Source: Utricularia gibba
Taxonomy: Eukaryota > Plantae > Magnoliophyta
Reading direction: 5' to 3'
Assembly: GCA_002189035.1 (NCBI GenBank)
Contig: CM007990.1
Location: 3,472,001-3,536,000 of the forward strand
Length of the DNA stretch: 64,000 bases
Under the pieces are notes generated by a model. It worked only from the letters and a program-made list of their open reading frames with translations, searched no databases and was not told the DNA's origin. This document shows positions 13,581 to 27,162 of the stretch, piece by piece. Made by a program: the position numbers and the translations under genes. Each line of letters opens with the position of its first letter. The first letter of the stretch is position 1.

Positions 13581-14361
13581 AGATAGGTATGGTGATTCTC
13601 TGGACATCAGTCTGTCCGCATCTTTTCTGTTTTTTACCTGCGAATTAGCTGGAACATCCTGATCAGCGTGAGTCATGCTCCTGTTTTTTTCAGGTTTGTA
13701 CCAGTGTGACTCTAATATACAACAGACAAGTCAATGTGATGCATGCTCCAGTTGATTCTGCCAGGTCTCTCTTTGTATGAGACTTTGTAATATGCAGTCT
13801 TGTTTTTATAGTGAAGTCATAGTCGATTGGGTTCTTCTACCTTGTGCACCATAAAGAGTAAGTAAAATTTCGGTACCATCAAGCGTGCAAAGTGGCATGC
13901 ACCCTCTCTGTCTCAATACGTGCGTGGCTAAGCAAGGACTGTGATATTCGGTGAGTTTGTGATTTAAAATTCACAATAGGTTTGGTTCATCAATTTACTC
14001 GGAAGGTAAACTCAGATAATTTAGAGCTTATGACATTATTTGAAATCCTGTCCTGTTGGACGAAGAGAGTCAGTTAGTCTTACTGTAGAGTTGTTGTGGT
14101 CGGCTATTGATCATGAACAGTCTATTTGATTCAATTTTTGAGGCATGAAAGGTGCTGTGTACAGCTATTGAACTTAATGTACTGCAGGCCGGTAGAACAT
14201 ACACATCTTGGATTTGCTAGCACTACACGTAGTTGTGTACGTTCAGTTTACATAAAGTCAGCCTGTAGAAATTCAGCTGCCGCTGCTGGTATCTGTTCCT
14301 ATGCTAAGCCCGTTTCGGCATTGCAACATACTTCTGCATTCAGCTTCAAGGTTCTGGTGTT

Positions 14362-16020
14362 CTATGCACCGGATTCAGCACCCCCAGGTTTAGAAGTGAG
14401 TAGTGGTTGTAAAGCCTTGGTTACAATGGTCATGTTTGGCCGAAAGTCGGCTTCGTACTGCACACAAAGGGCCGCAACGGCTGCCAGCTGAGAAGGGTAA
14501 AATATACCGGGAGGGCTCACTATTAGTATCCTGCTGACTAGACCTGTGAAAGACTTTTGGATTTGGATGGGAATTAGGCAACAAGCAAGTTGCAGAGCAT
14601 TATGGACCTTGGCAATGGCCTTTGGTGGATATTCTTCATTAAGCTTGGGATCAACACATTGCTTCACCTTGTCTTCACTCAGTCTTGGAGTTGCCTGATG
14701 CAGGTTTCATTAACCGACGTCTGTAACTCACAAAGGGCATGATGTAAAGAGACATGAAGACTAACCCAGGTGACATGACTCTGCTGGCCATTGGGCATGG
14801 TGTGATCAACCGGTTTCCTCCCTGTCAAGAGCTCCAAAAGCACCACACCGAAGCTGTAGACGTCGCTTTTTTGAGTTATCTGTCCTGTCATCGCGTATCT
14901 GGAAGAGCAGAAGAGTTCGTTACTACATGTTGTGGCTCGATATGTCTAAGCTGGTTGATGAAGAAATTTTTGTAAAGATGATGAAGTTGGTGGTGAGCTG
15001 ACTCTGGAGCATGGTATCCAAAAGTTCCGAGGACTCTGGTTGAATGTAAACGTGCAGTATTATCTGAGGACTGATTTGCAAGACTGAAATCTGCAACTTT
15101 GGCGAGGAAATCATCAAAGAGCAGGATGTTGCTGGACCTGACATCACGGTGAACAATTGAAGGTTGACATTTTTCATGGAGATATTCTAGGCCTTTTGCA
15201 GCACCATAAGCAATCTTGACTCGTTGGTTCCAAGCGAGAACAGGCCCTGGTTCTGCTTTTTCCACCCCTTTTCTTCCTGGAGATGAGCAGCGAGTGGTTC
15301 AATTTTTGGCATGGGGTATCTTGAACCCGAAGGTTTGTTACCATGTAGGACATCATGTAAGGAACCCAATGTCGCAAACTCGTACGCCAGGATGCGATTA
15401 TTCCCCTCCAAGCAGTACCCTATCAGTCCCACAAAGTTCTCACTTTTGAGCCTGGAAACGGTGGACAACTGGAAAAAAATAAAGTGTATCAGCCAGCCAT
15501 GTTCGCATTGTAAAGTCAGAGGTTCGATGCATTTGTAGCTTCGATCTTGCAGCTGAAATGAAATGAATACATGACCTGAGCAGAGAAGTCTGCATCAGAG
15601 TCAGATGCTGAACCAGTATCAAGTTTCTTGATCGCCGCCTCTACTCCACTGCTCAACTTCACATGAAACACCTTCCCGTTAGAACCTTCTCCAATGAACC
15701 CTTTAGTCCCAAAATTTCCTGTGAGCCTACTCAGCTCCTCCAGTGGGAGAGCAGGAATATCGATCTGTAGAGTTTTCTGGGGCAGTCCACCTCTAGCAGC
15801 AGAGCCCCTCGGCTCCCCCCGTTCACTACCTGAGATTCCAAAAGCAGCGTATTGAGGTATTTTACAGGATGTGTGGAATGAAAGATAGAAAGCGAGGAGA
15901 AGTTGCAGGAGTGCCTCCGCCACCAGCTCTGCCGCCGTAGGTGTTCCCCTGTGGAGCGGTATGTTGACTAGCCGGGGGACCAGCAATTGGTTCCTCTTCA
16001 GCACCTCCACCACACAACAT
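14362..16020 (-). CDS. MRI: PTI1-like receptor-like cytoplasmic kinase (RLCK-VIII), MARIS-like, 7 exons, about 365-368 aa
   Basis: Exons 16020-15915 (or -15924), 15829-15576, 15468-15342, 15276-15003, 14898-14766, 14694-14608, 14487-14362. N-terminus [11 protein letters not shown], then [45 protein letters not shown]-terminus [15 protein letters not shown], resembling MARIS as I recall it. Orthology is by recognition, not phylogeny. Confidence 0.9.
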
Positions 16021-17381
16021 TCTTTTATGTTGGGGTGCGGGTGCAGGAACCCTGGAGGTCCGTGGCTTTGAGAGAACAAGAGGTCATCAACACAGGCGTT
16101 CAAGTAGCTCCTACAAGAGATCTCCTCGATTCACCTTGTCATCAAAATCATTGCCCTGTCGGCTTTTTGGTTCTGTGTTCATGCAACGAGAGAGAAGGAA
16201 GGCTCACTCACAACAAGCACAAGAGAATAAGAAGGAAAAATGCAAATTCCTCAGAAACACTTTTTTGGATAAAATGCACAAGGCTATCTTATCTATTCCT
16301 CAAACTCAGCGAGTCTAAGGGATTTGTAACTGGCCGTCATCACAAAGTGTTACGTGAAGGTTTAGATGCCGAGTTGAAGAATTGGAAACGAAGAACTACT
16401 TACCTGAAACGAAGCTGTGAGCAAAGACCTTCAGATCGATGATGAACAGATGAATGTCTCTCAAACGTCTTCTGCTTTTTTTTTTTCTTTTTTTTGGTTT
16501 CCCGGGAAAGGCGCAAGCAATCTTAATGGATGTCCTAAAAATAGAAGACAGCGAGTTTTCATTTATCAGTTTTTATTTTAATTTTTGTTTTGAAAAAATG
16601 GTTGGCAACCATAAACAATCAATTCCAAACAAGAGAGCCAGTCAATTTATTCTTCAGGAATGAAGAGGTGTTTATTCCCTCATCTATATAATAAATATTT
16701 AATAAATTATTCTGTAAAGTTTAATTTTGTTTTAACATATTTTTATGAAGTGTTTGGTTTATGGATCAAGATAAAAAAAATATGTAATTTATTTGAATTT
16801 AAATGAAAGTGATGTAAAGATAGTGAGATTAATATTATATTTTATAGCATATTTGATTGTAATATGTATGATATAATAAAATTCAAAAATTCTTTTTTTT
16901 TTTTAAATTGGGATTGATAACTTGTATAATCAAATCTCTGTTTCTGTGTTAAAGAAAAACAAAAAAAAGGAACATTCATTTTGTATTATTTTTATGATGG
17001 ATCAAGGAGTATAAACATAAATCCTATTTCATAAAAAAAATTATCTTAATTCCGAATTTATTTAAATTTACAAATTAAGTGTATTATAATTTATAATTTT
17101 ATTTTAAATATCTTTAATTTCGTCAATGATCTTAGTATCTTTTTGCGTCATTTGCTATATTTTGTTGAGGGAAAGACTGGAATAAGCAACGGCTATATTG
17201 AGGCCCATCAAGAATTGTTGTCATAGACGCAATAAAATGAAATGAAGGTACAGTAACCAAGGTCTCTGGAAATTAAATTAAAAACATAATTGCATAAATA
17301 AAAGTAAAGTAACGGCTATATTCAGATGCGGATTTAAAAGCAGAAGCCCCCTTCCCCTGAGCCTGATCCTGATCTCCCCCG

Positions 17382-17406
17382 TCTCTCTCTCTCTCTCTCT
17401 CTCTCT
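17382..17406 (+). repeat. (TC)n microsatellite / Y-patch upstream of the small unknown gene
   Basis: About 12 TC units just upstream of ATG 17441. Confidence 0.9.
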
Positions 17407-17440
17407 AACACCGCACGAAAGACGAGCCCTAGTTCTTGGA

Positions 17441-17907
17441 ATGGAGAACCAGATTCCGAATGTTGAGTGCGTAACCAAGTCTTGCTCCGATCAACTCCTG
17501 ATGAAGTTCACCGACTCAGGCGAAACTTCGAAATCCGAGAGGCGGATTACGAAACGCGTCAAGCGATCCAGTTCGAGGAGGAGGAGCTTCGATCGGTTTC
17601 CGGAGAAGAAATCGCTTCTCCCGTGCCACGGGGCCGTGGTCCCGCGGCGGATAAGGACCGGGAGGAGGGACAAGTTCGGGGGTAGAATCCTCAAGACAAA
17701 ATCCATCCTGGCTGCAATCGACAAGGTAAACAAAAATGTGTTCATTTTGTTGTGCAATTGAGCGTTTAGGATGGAGACCATTAGTAGGTATCATGATGAT
17801 CAGTCATTGTTAATTTTCAGACGTGGCGTAGGGCGGTGGAAGGGGCTTCCGGGATGCTGATCGGAAACTACTACACCGGTCACAAACGCCTGATTGGTGC
17901 CGATTGA
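17441..17907 (+). CDS. Uncharacterised small basic plant protein, 2 exons, 123 aa
   Basis: Exon 1 17441-17725 (AAG|GTAAAC donor) and exon 2 17821-17907 (TTTTCAG acceptor), in frame. SDQLLMKF, EKKSLLP and KSILAAIDK|TWRRAVEGAS..HKRLI resemble a conserved unnamed plant family I recall (SDQLLRKF..ERKSLLP..IEKTWRKTVEGAS..HKRLI). GC-rich coding composition. Confidence 0.8.
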
Positions 17908-18111
17908 ACTCAACTCAGGGCGCGTTTAATTTAATACCTGGTGCTGCTTATTTGCGAAATTCTTGTGTTCCATTGCTGCTTCATCTTATCATATTATATG
18001 AAAATACAGGCATTCGTGTTATAGTTTTTTCAAAACTATCACCAAGTAAATGATATTTTACCCCAGAATTATATACGAGGTTCATTATTAATTAAAAATA
18101 TAGTTTTACAT

Positions 18112-18415
18112 GAAGACAATTGCATCAAAAATCCCAAATTATGAAAGTTTTACCAAAATTAGTCCTCATTAGTTAATATAAATTGTATATTTAGCATTAT
18201 TAGTACAATCGATTCACAAAATTTCTTATATCAATAAAATTAATTCTCAAAATTTGACTTATCAAACATACTTAATTTTAAAATTTTGTATTTTGCATAT
18301 TAAACTCTCTCTATTTAAATATCGTATATAATTAATTTTTATTATTTCAAAAATAAAAACAGGAAAACTTTTATCAAATTTTTAAACAATTGGGGATTTT
18401 TAATGTTCATTATTT
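18112..18415. mobile_element. Possible Mutator-like MITE
   Basis: Imperfect inverted ends (CATCAAAAATCCCAAATT versus revcomp CATTAAAAATCCCCAATT) around an AT-rich core; no TSD seen. Confidence 0.35.
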
Positions 18416-19798
18416 CAAAGAATAAATAACATTTATGCCAATTTTTTAAATAGTGTAGAGCAATTTACCCATTGTTTTAATACATTAGAAATTTATTGCC
18501 TCTAATTTTTAGGGTTTAGGATAAAAAATGATAAAAAGTTTTAATTATTCAAAGAACGCATTTTAACTCATTTCCAAAAAAAAATTTAATGTTAAAAAAT
18601 TAGAATATGCTCAGTATGATTTTGTGAAAAATAGAATACTTCTTAATACGAAAGAGTAATGTTAATATTTCTATCAACACATGTCACATCTCTCAATCTA
18701 CATTTTTTTTCTTTTTATACATTCTCTATTCTCCATCAAATATGTTTTTTTTTTTTTGAAAAAATAAACAAAAATCAGGTTGAGACAAATGCATTCAAAA
18801 GCATGTATGAACCAACAAAAAAATAAATTACATGAGAATAATTGAACTAATAATCAAAATCAATCAAAACCAATAAAGATAAACTCCTTTTCAAGGCATT
18901 TTTCTAAAATCTCTTTTGACATCAAAATAGTTATTTATCACAATTTTTTATGTTTACCTTGTTAAAGTAGCTGAGAGTAGTGCAACAGCTATGAAAATTC
19001 AAATCCAGCAACTTATATTGTAGTTACAAAAAACTGTTTGTTGATGATTTCGGTAATCGGCAGCATCATAATAATTCGTGAATTAAATTGAGATTTCGTT
19101 TAAAAAATAATGAAAACAAGTTGCTTTTCTTCAATATAGTTTAAAAAAAAATAGAGAGGCTTGTGTTCTCTTCGTCAACCTCCCCTGCCTCCAGCGAGCA
19201 GTTTTTAAGCTCAACGGAACCAGTTCATTTTCTATCGTTCCACACTTTTGTGAGATTCATTCAGAGTTCCTTCATCCTCTGCGCCTTCTGGATTCCTTAG
19301 ACTCTCTTCGTTGTGTTTCGCATCGGGAGTTCGTTTTGATTCTTTCTTTGTGCATTAGAGCGGGCGCTACGATCGTCGTTTTTTTCAACCAGGAGTTGTT
19401 TCTGTAGTAAAGGCTTTTCGGGGGAATGTTTTTTATCAATTTTGCTGTGAAAGGGTTGTGGGTTTCTGGGTTTCTTTTTGATTCTCTGCTCGGTAGAGCA
19501 AAAGTACTACGATCATCGTTGTACTTTTTGTTTTGTGGCATTGGGAGTTGTTTCTTTCAGGGAGGATATTTCTTGGAACTCTTTTTTTTTTCCAAATGGG
19601 TTGTAATTTGTGCTGTGTTATGTTTTTGGAGTTCTCTTCTTCTTTAGATTTGCATGGTGTCGATGTCTCGCTTTGTTTGTTTTAGTGTTCGCACTCGTGA
19701 TTTCATTTTCTTTTTCTGAATGCTCTGTTGTTCGTATCTGTAGGGGCATTGGAATCCTGCACAGAATCTTTGATCGCGGGGCTTTAAGGGAATGCAGG

Positions 19799-21306
19799 AT
19801 GTTTGCTGCGACAGCAGAGTTCCTCTTCAAGTGTTTTGGCTATCGATTCACCAGGACGCCTCCCAGGGGCTGTGATGAAGACGAAGTTACTGCACAGCAA
19901 ACTTTTAGATTCATCTGGTCCAAGGATCTTGAAAAGCACTACAAAGGAGAGTTTTCATTTGCTTCGGTTCAAGCAAATCTCGTTACGGAAGATCAGGGTC
20001 GAGTGGAAGCTGGAGCCGATGCCACTTTTATCGGTGTTTTTGATGGCCATGGAGGACCTCATGCCTCTGGATACGCCTCCCGACATCTCTACACTCATTT
20101 ACTGAGTAAGGTTTTAGTCTCACCTGCCCGCCTATCATTCAGTGTGCAAACCTTGATGTGAATGGTGTTTTTGCAGGGCTAGCAAAAGAGAGCGGAAGCA
20201 TCTCCCAAGATACTCTGAACGGTGCTTTCGCTGAAACAGAGAGTGGCTTTCTTGGTGTTGTTACAAGACTCCGCAGATCACTACCAGCCATTCTAGCTGT
20301 TGGCTCTTGTTGCCTGGTTGGTGTCTTCTGGGGAACAACTTTATACGTCGCTAATCTCGGAGACTGCAGGGCGGTGCTCGGCCGCTTGGATGCGTCATCT
20401 GGGAACATCGTAGCTGAGCAACTGACTTCTGATCACAACTGCAGAAGAGAAGAAATTAGAAATGAATTACGACAACGGCATCCGAATGACCCTGAAATTG
20501 TTAAGAAGATACATGGAACCTGGAGACTCAAGGGAATCATACAGGTGCTCGTTGTCTCTGTTCCCAGGACTTGCGCCTCTGGTTTTGGTTTTCCACTTTG
20601 TTTGATTGCTTGCATACGTTGTTCAGGTGTCAAGAGCAGTGGGTGATGCTTATCTCAAGAGTCGAGAATTCAATGCCCATATGTTGTTTCCAAGAAATTA
20701 CTTCAGGAATCCTATTCGAAGCCCTGCCATGAGGGCTGATCCTGAGATCACGACCAGAAACTTAGAAGAAAATGACAGATTCGTGATCTTTGCATCTGAT
20801 GGCCTCTGGGATGCGATGACTAACGAGGAGGCTGTTGAGCTCGTCCACAGCAACCCACGACAGGTATGAAACACTGCAAACTGAATGAAGTGCAACGGGA
20901 GCTTCTCCAAACTGTGCGTGCCATTGCGTTGCAGGGTATCGCTAAAAGACTCGTCGACCGTGCGGTGGAAGCGCGTGGAAGGGCTCATCAGATGAGTAGG
21001 GTGCAGATCGGGAGGGTATCTATTCATCACAGACGCAGATTCCATGATGACATCACTGTTGTGGTCGTCTTCATAGATGGCGGCGCACCAGCAGGCGCTG
21101 CCCCTGCGCCGCAAGTTTCGGTGAGAAGTTTCGTAGACGCAGTCGAGATTTCAAGCTTCAATTTTGCGAGACGGGAGGAGGCAGGGCAGCCGCAATATCA
21201 ATCATTAGCTGGGATCTTGCAACCCGTCCCTAAAATCACTAAAGATGCAGTCACTGGCGAGTGTTCCTCCAGTTCTGCGCCGCTGCCTCAACACACTACA
21301 CAATAG
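19799..21306 (+). CDS. Protein phosphatase 2C, clade D, divergent, 4 exons, about 427 aa
   Basis: Exons 19799-20105, 20177-20544, 20627-20863, 20935-21306 (1284 nt). Motifs: SVQAN..EDQ, GVFDGHGG, GSCCLVG, ANLGDCRAVLG, GIIQVSRAVGDAYLK, FASDGLWD, FHDDITVVVVFID. A 5'UTR intron acceptor (TGCAG) lies just before the ATG. Confidence 0.92.
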
Positions 21307-21589
21307 CTGACTTTGTTTGAGGTAACCAAAAAGGAAAGGAAAGAAAATACAAAACATTAGCTGGGATCTTGGATATAACGGTTCTTTTTTTTTGTTTTTT
21401 TTTTGTTTTGAAAGAGCAGCATGTAACAATGAATGGAGAGTGAATGAAGCAGCATCTGCCTTCAATCCAAACTCGAGAACAAACACAGACGTTGAGTACA
21501 AAAAAAACAGATGAATAGCAGAATTATATGAAACCAATAGGAAAGCAGGGAAAGCGAAAATCAAGTGAACTGAAATGCATGCTGCGAGC

Positions 21590-23011
<1,422 letters not shown>

Positions 23012-24029
23012 CTACTTGATTATCTGGACACAAAATACAAGTAATCCTTTTACAAATGTGAATGAAATTACGAAGCACAAGATAAAATCAAAACGAAAAC
23101 AATGAGCCATTAACAGAATCAGGACAAGATTTTTACTAAGAAGTGTGGGAAAAAATCATCACAAAACAAACTAGATGAATTCAAACAGATATCACCAACT
23201 CTCCAATTATTTATCGCAACCCACATCAGAAGATCCCAACAAAAAGAAAAAAAAATGCAGAATCCTTGAACCCAACAATGCACAGAGGCATCCTCATCAG
23301 AACAGATCAAGAGCAGCAGAAAACCCACACCGTACAAACAAAAGAAATCACGAAAACTAAGTTAGGAATTGAATCCTCGCAATGCGATACCTAAGTGATT
23401 CAGACGGTTCGTTTGGGTTGCTGGGTTCTCCGATTCCCTGAAATGGTGATCGAGGAGAGACAGCGATTCCTCAGCCGAAGCAGGGATTTTTAAAATGGGA
23501 TCCTCAGCTAGAATGTGCCTCAAATCCACCCCCGAGAGCAAAATTCTGGCCGTTGGATCTGCATCTGCCGTTTTGTGGCACCCTCGACAGCCTCGAGGCA
23601 TTGGCGAAATAGATGGCTTGCTTTTCTGCGCCTTCGTTACGGATTTACCCTTCAAAGTTAAATGTCTCTTGCCTCCATTTCGAATAAAGACACGCTATTA
23701 ATTGAGTTTTCTTTTCTACAGTTTAATCCATAAATCGTAGCTACTAAATCTTGACATCCCTGTAATTTCTCAAGTGCCTCAATTCTTTATTAAAAAATAT
23801 AGGTTGATGAAAATTCTGTAATTGTATAAAAAAAATAAATAGGTAGACTTTCAATTAAGACTTCACACATGAAGAAGGTTGCTCTTGTATATGCAAAAAA
23901 TCTTAGGATCCATTTGGTACACGGATTTGTACGTACTCAAAGTTTGGTTTATTTTTATTTTGAGTTTGGTTTAAGAGTTTATACGGAAAGGTTTATACCG
24001 ACCCTCCCCCTCAGTTAAGATTTTCCACA

Positions 24030-24524
24030 TGTTATGGGTGAAGATTGGTTGAGTTGATTTTACGGTTACGGAGGTGATCAGAAAGGCAACTTTTGTATAT
24101 TTCTTTTCGTGATCCATTCAGTTTGACCAGGTGAAATCAATGTAGATCGAGATTTTTTACGTGGAAACCGTTGTAGGACGGAAAAACCACGGAGCTATCG
24201 GAGCTCGTCGGAGAATATATGGGAAGCTTGGGATCGAACCCTTTCCCCGTTATGATTCCTTCTATTTATAAAGGGGAGGGGCTGACCCGACCGAATCATG
24301 AGCTTTGCAGGTGTCAGTTATCCTTCTGCACTTGTGCTATGATCTTGTTTTCAGACAATTGCCGCTCATTCTGCCGTGACTCGATTACTCTTCAGACTGA
24401 GCCATACCGCTCTTGTCAGATCCTCTGACAGATATCGATCTGTTGATAGGCATGGTCTCATCGAATGCCCCGCTTGGAAGACTTTCGAAAAACCGATTAT
24501 CGTCAACCGATTTGTGTCCTATCA
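24030..24524 (-). mobile_element. Solo LTR D1
   Basis: TGTTATG...CCTATCA termini, 495 bp, perfect TSD CCACA; TATA-like CTTTATAAATAG on the minus strand; shares the TTTTACGTGGAAAC..AAAAACCACGGAGCTATCG motif with D2. Confidence 0.88.
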
Positions 24525-25080
24525 CCACATATATGAGTTTAATTGAACCAAATGAATAAAAATAAACTTCAAAACGAGTTTATACGGAAGGTTTAGACCT
24601 TTGTTTGTATGAATTATATACTATTACACCTTTAAATTCAATATATATAAGCATTGTAAGTTTGCAATTCTTAGATTTTTCAGGGCAAGTTTGATTACTG
24701 GATTTGACCTAAACCCAAGTTTCTTATTTTACTTTTCCTAATCATTGTATACCCACTTCAATCCTTGAAAATTACAAAAAAATAAAAAATAAAAAAAACC
24801 AAATCCATGCTAGCGTGGTGCCCAGACTGAATTCAATAATGTTTAATCATTACTTGGAAACATTTTTAATAGAATTCTTTTTATATATACGTCACTTTTT
24901 TCCTTGAAAACATGGGTTAAATTTCTTTTTGTAGTTTTTTATTTCAAAGAAAATTCATCTACGTGGTGCGCCATGACATGAGCATATTCACATTCGTGCT
25001 GGTTGGGATTCATTATCAGCTATAGCTTGAAAACTGAATATACTTTCAGAACATGTTACATAATTCCTGTAATAAGATGA

Positions 25081-25098
25081 GTGTGTGTGTGTGTGTGT
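25081..25098 (+). repeat. (GT)9 microsatellite
   Basis: Direct reading. Confidence 0.9.
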
Positions 25099-27110
25099 AA
25101 CAATGGCTTGGGTTTGTGTGTTGTCTTTGTGGAATCCCATGTCATTTTAGCATCCATTTGAATACTTCCACCAGACCACACCCTGCATAGCAAGCAGCGA
25201 TCCCAGGGGTTTGAAGCAAATCTACAAAACAGAATTGTGAAACTTAAAAATCTATCGTCTTGCACTTCAAAACGCCTCTTATGCACGAAAAATGTATCAA
25301 TTGACAAATACTATACCTTATTTAATAAAATTATAGGATCAGTCACTCATCTTTTCTTTATATTAGATTATAACCTCTAATAATCACGTCCTCGTAAAAG
25401 GTTATATCAAATGTGTCTCAACAATGATTTCTGATTGAGTCATTTTTCTCATATGGTTGAGACCAATTTTGAATTCCCTCACATATTCTTATGTAGTATT
25501 TGGTTGATTTGATTCATAAGATTATAAATTATTCTCTGTTTACTTCTTGAGGTTAAATGAGCTTGGGATTATGGGGTTTTTTTTTTAATTTTATGCACAC
25601 AGTTTTATTTAACATTACACTTTTTTGTTACTTTAGCTAATACCAATTCTAATTCCACTTACTAAATATTATGCAAAAAACTAATATCTATTCATTACTT
25701 TTATTTAAATCTAAATAAATTTAATCTTTTTTTCTGCTTCCGTCAATGAAACACTATCTTAAATTTTAGTAATAATCAAGAAGATGTTAGCAAATAAAAT
25801 TTTGCATAAACAGAATAAAAAACCATAAATTAAATGTCAAATAATGTAATAAAGCATCAATACATGCAAAAACTTACATAAACATAGTGACTAAACAGAT
25901 CCTTTAACAATGACTCTAAATTTCGAAAAATATTAAAATACAAAAAATACTAAAATGTGAAAAATATGAAAAATATTTGACTCTAAAATATGAAAAATAC
26001 TAAAAGTGAAAAGAAAACTAAAATGAGGTGGAAGACTCAAATCTAGAACTCCAAAAATCACTCTAAAACTCTAGAGTACTCTAAACTTTGATGTTAAAAT
26101 ACTTTTATAGAAGACAATATTCAAATCTTATACTGTACTTATTTTAATGGATTTTAAATCAATGCTTTTGATCAAATTCCAAAGATTTAATTCAAATATT
26201 GGTGTGTGCCTTGAATATTGAGCCAAATCTTTGTTCTTGGATATAGTCTCAATTCATCCATCTTCACGTTCATTCAATTTTGGATCACAAATTTTCTATA
26301 ATTTCGAACGAAATTAATTTGAAAAATTAAAAATATTTTTTCTTCCTAAAATATTAAATTAGTACAAATTGTACAAAAAGCATTATAAAGAATCTAAACA
26401 ATTGAAAATATAAAGTAACTTTTATTAAAACTATAAATTTGAACCATGAAAAGTCATTTATCCAAAATTCAATTATCTTATCCTTTATATTTCATGTCGC
26501 AAAAAATTAAAATGAATTAATGCTGAAAAATATCAGAAAACCCCCCAAAACCGTTTCCACCAAACTCTTAATTATTGTATTGCATTATGAATATGTAATA
26601 CATGTTAAAAAAATAGATGAATTCCAAAACGCAATTCATTTGTTTTTCATAATATTTCATTTGTTTTTTATTACATTGCACCACTTTGAATATTTTTAAT
26701 TTAATCTAATTCATATATCTTATTATAAAAAAAGTATAAGATCTTTGGAAACCATACTTGACTTGTATTATTTTTTATAGCAAGATTTTATAGTAATAAC
26801 AATATTTTTATCTCATTGTTCATGGTGATAAACGCTGTAAATAATTCATCATATTATCAATTATTTATGTTAATTAAATATTATTTTTCAAGTGTACTGT
26901 TTCGTGAGGCACAAAAGTTAATATCTTTTAAATTAAATGTTAAATGAAAACCTTATATTATAATTAAATATAAAATAAAATGTGAATTATTACATATTAT
27001 AAAGGCAAATGATATCAATTAGTTGTGTCACGAATTTGGTATCTTGGATCCTTTGTCCCTTACAAAAATACATGCCTTGTGTGTGTGGATGGAGTTTTTT
27101 TTTCGGGAGC

Positions 27111-27162
27111 ACAGGCCCAATAAACTTTAGTTTGGGCCATCAGAACAGGCCCAATAAGCCCA
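27111..27162. promoter_or_regulatory. Cluster of four site II (TGGGCY) elements
   Basis: GGCCCA 27114, TGGGCC 27133, GGCCCA 27148, AGCCCA 27157; ACAGGCCCAATAA occurs twice. Confidence 0.5.

Noticed and set aside
19610-19798. Hydrophobic N-terminal extension (signal peptide) on the PP2C
   Set aside because: The ORF begins at a non-ATG codon in T-rich leader-intron sequence, and an acceptor AG directly precedes ATG 19799.
23906-24600. Tourist-like MITE hosting solo LTR D1
   Set aside because: Internal inverted segments exist, but no matching right TIR or TSD could be found.
25740-26330. Possible degenerate LTR/PBS remnant
   Set aside because: Too decayed: no termini, TSD or translatable motif to support a call.
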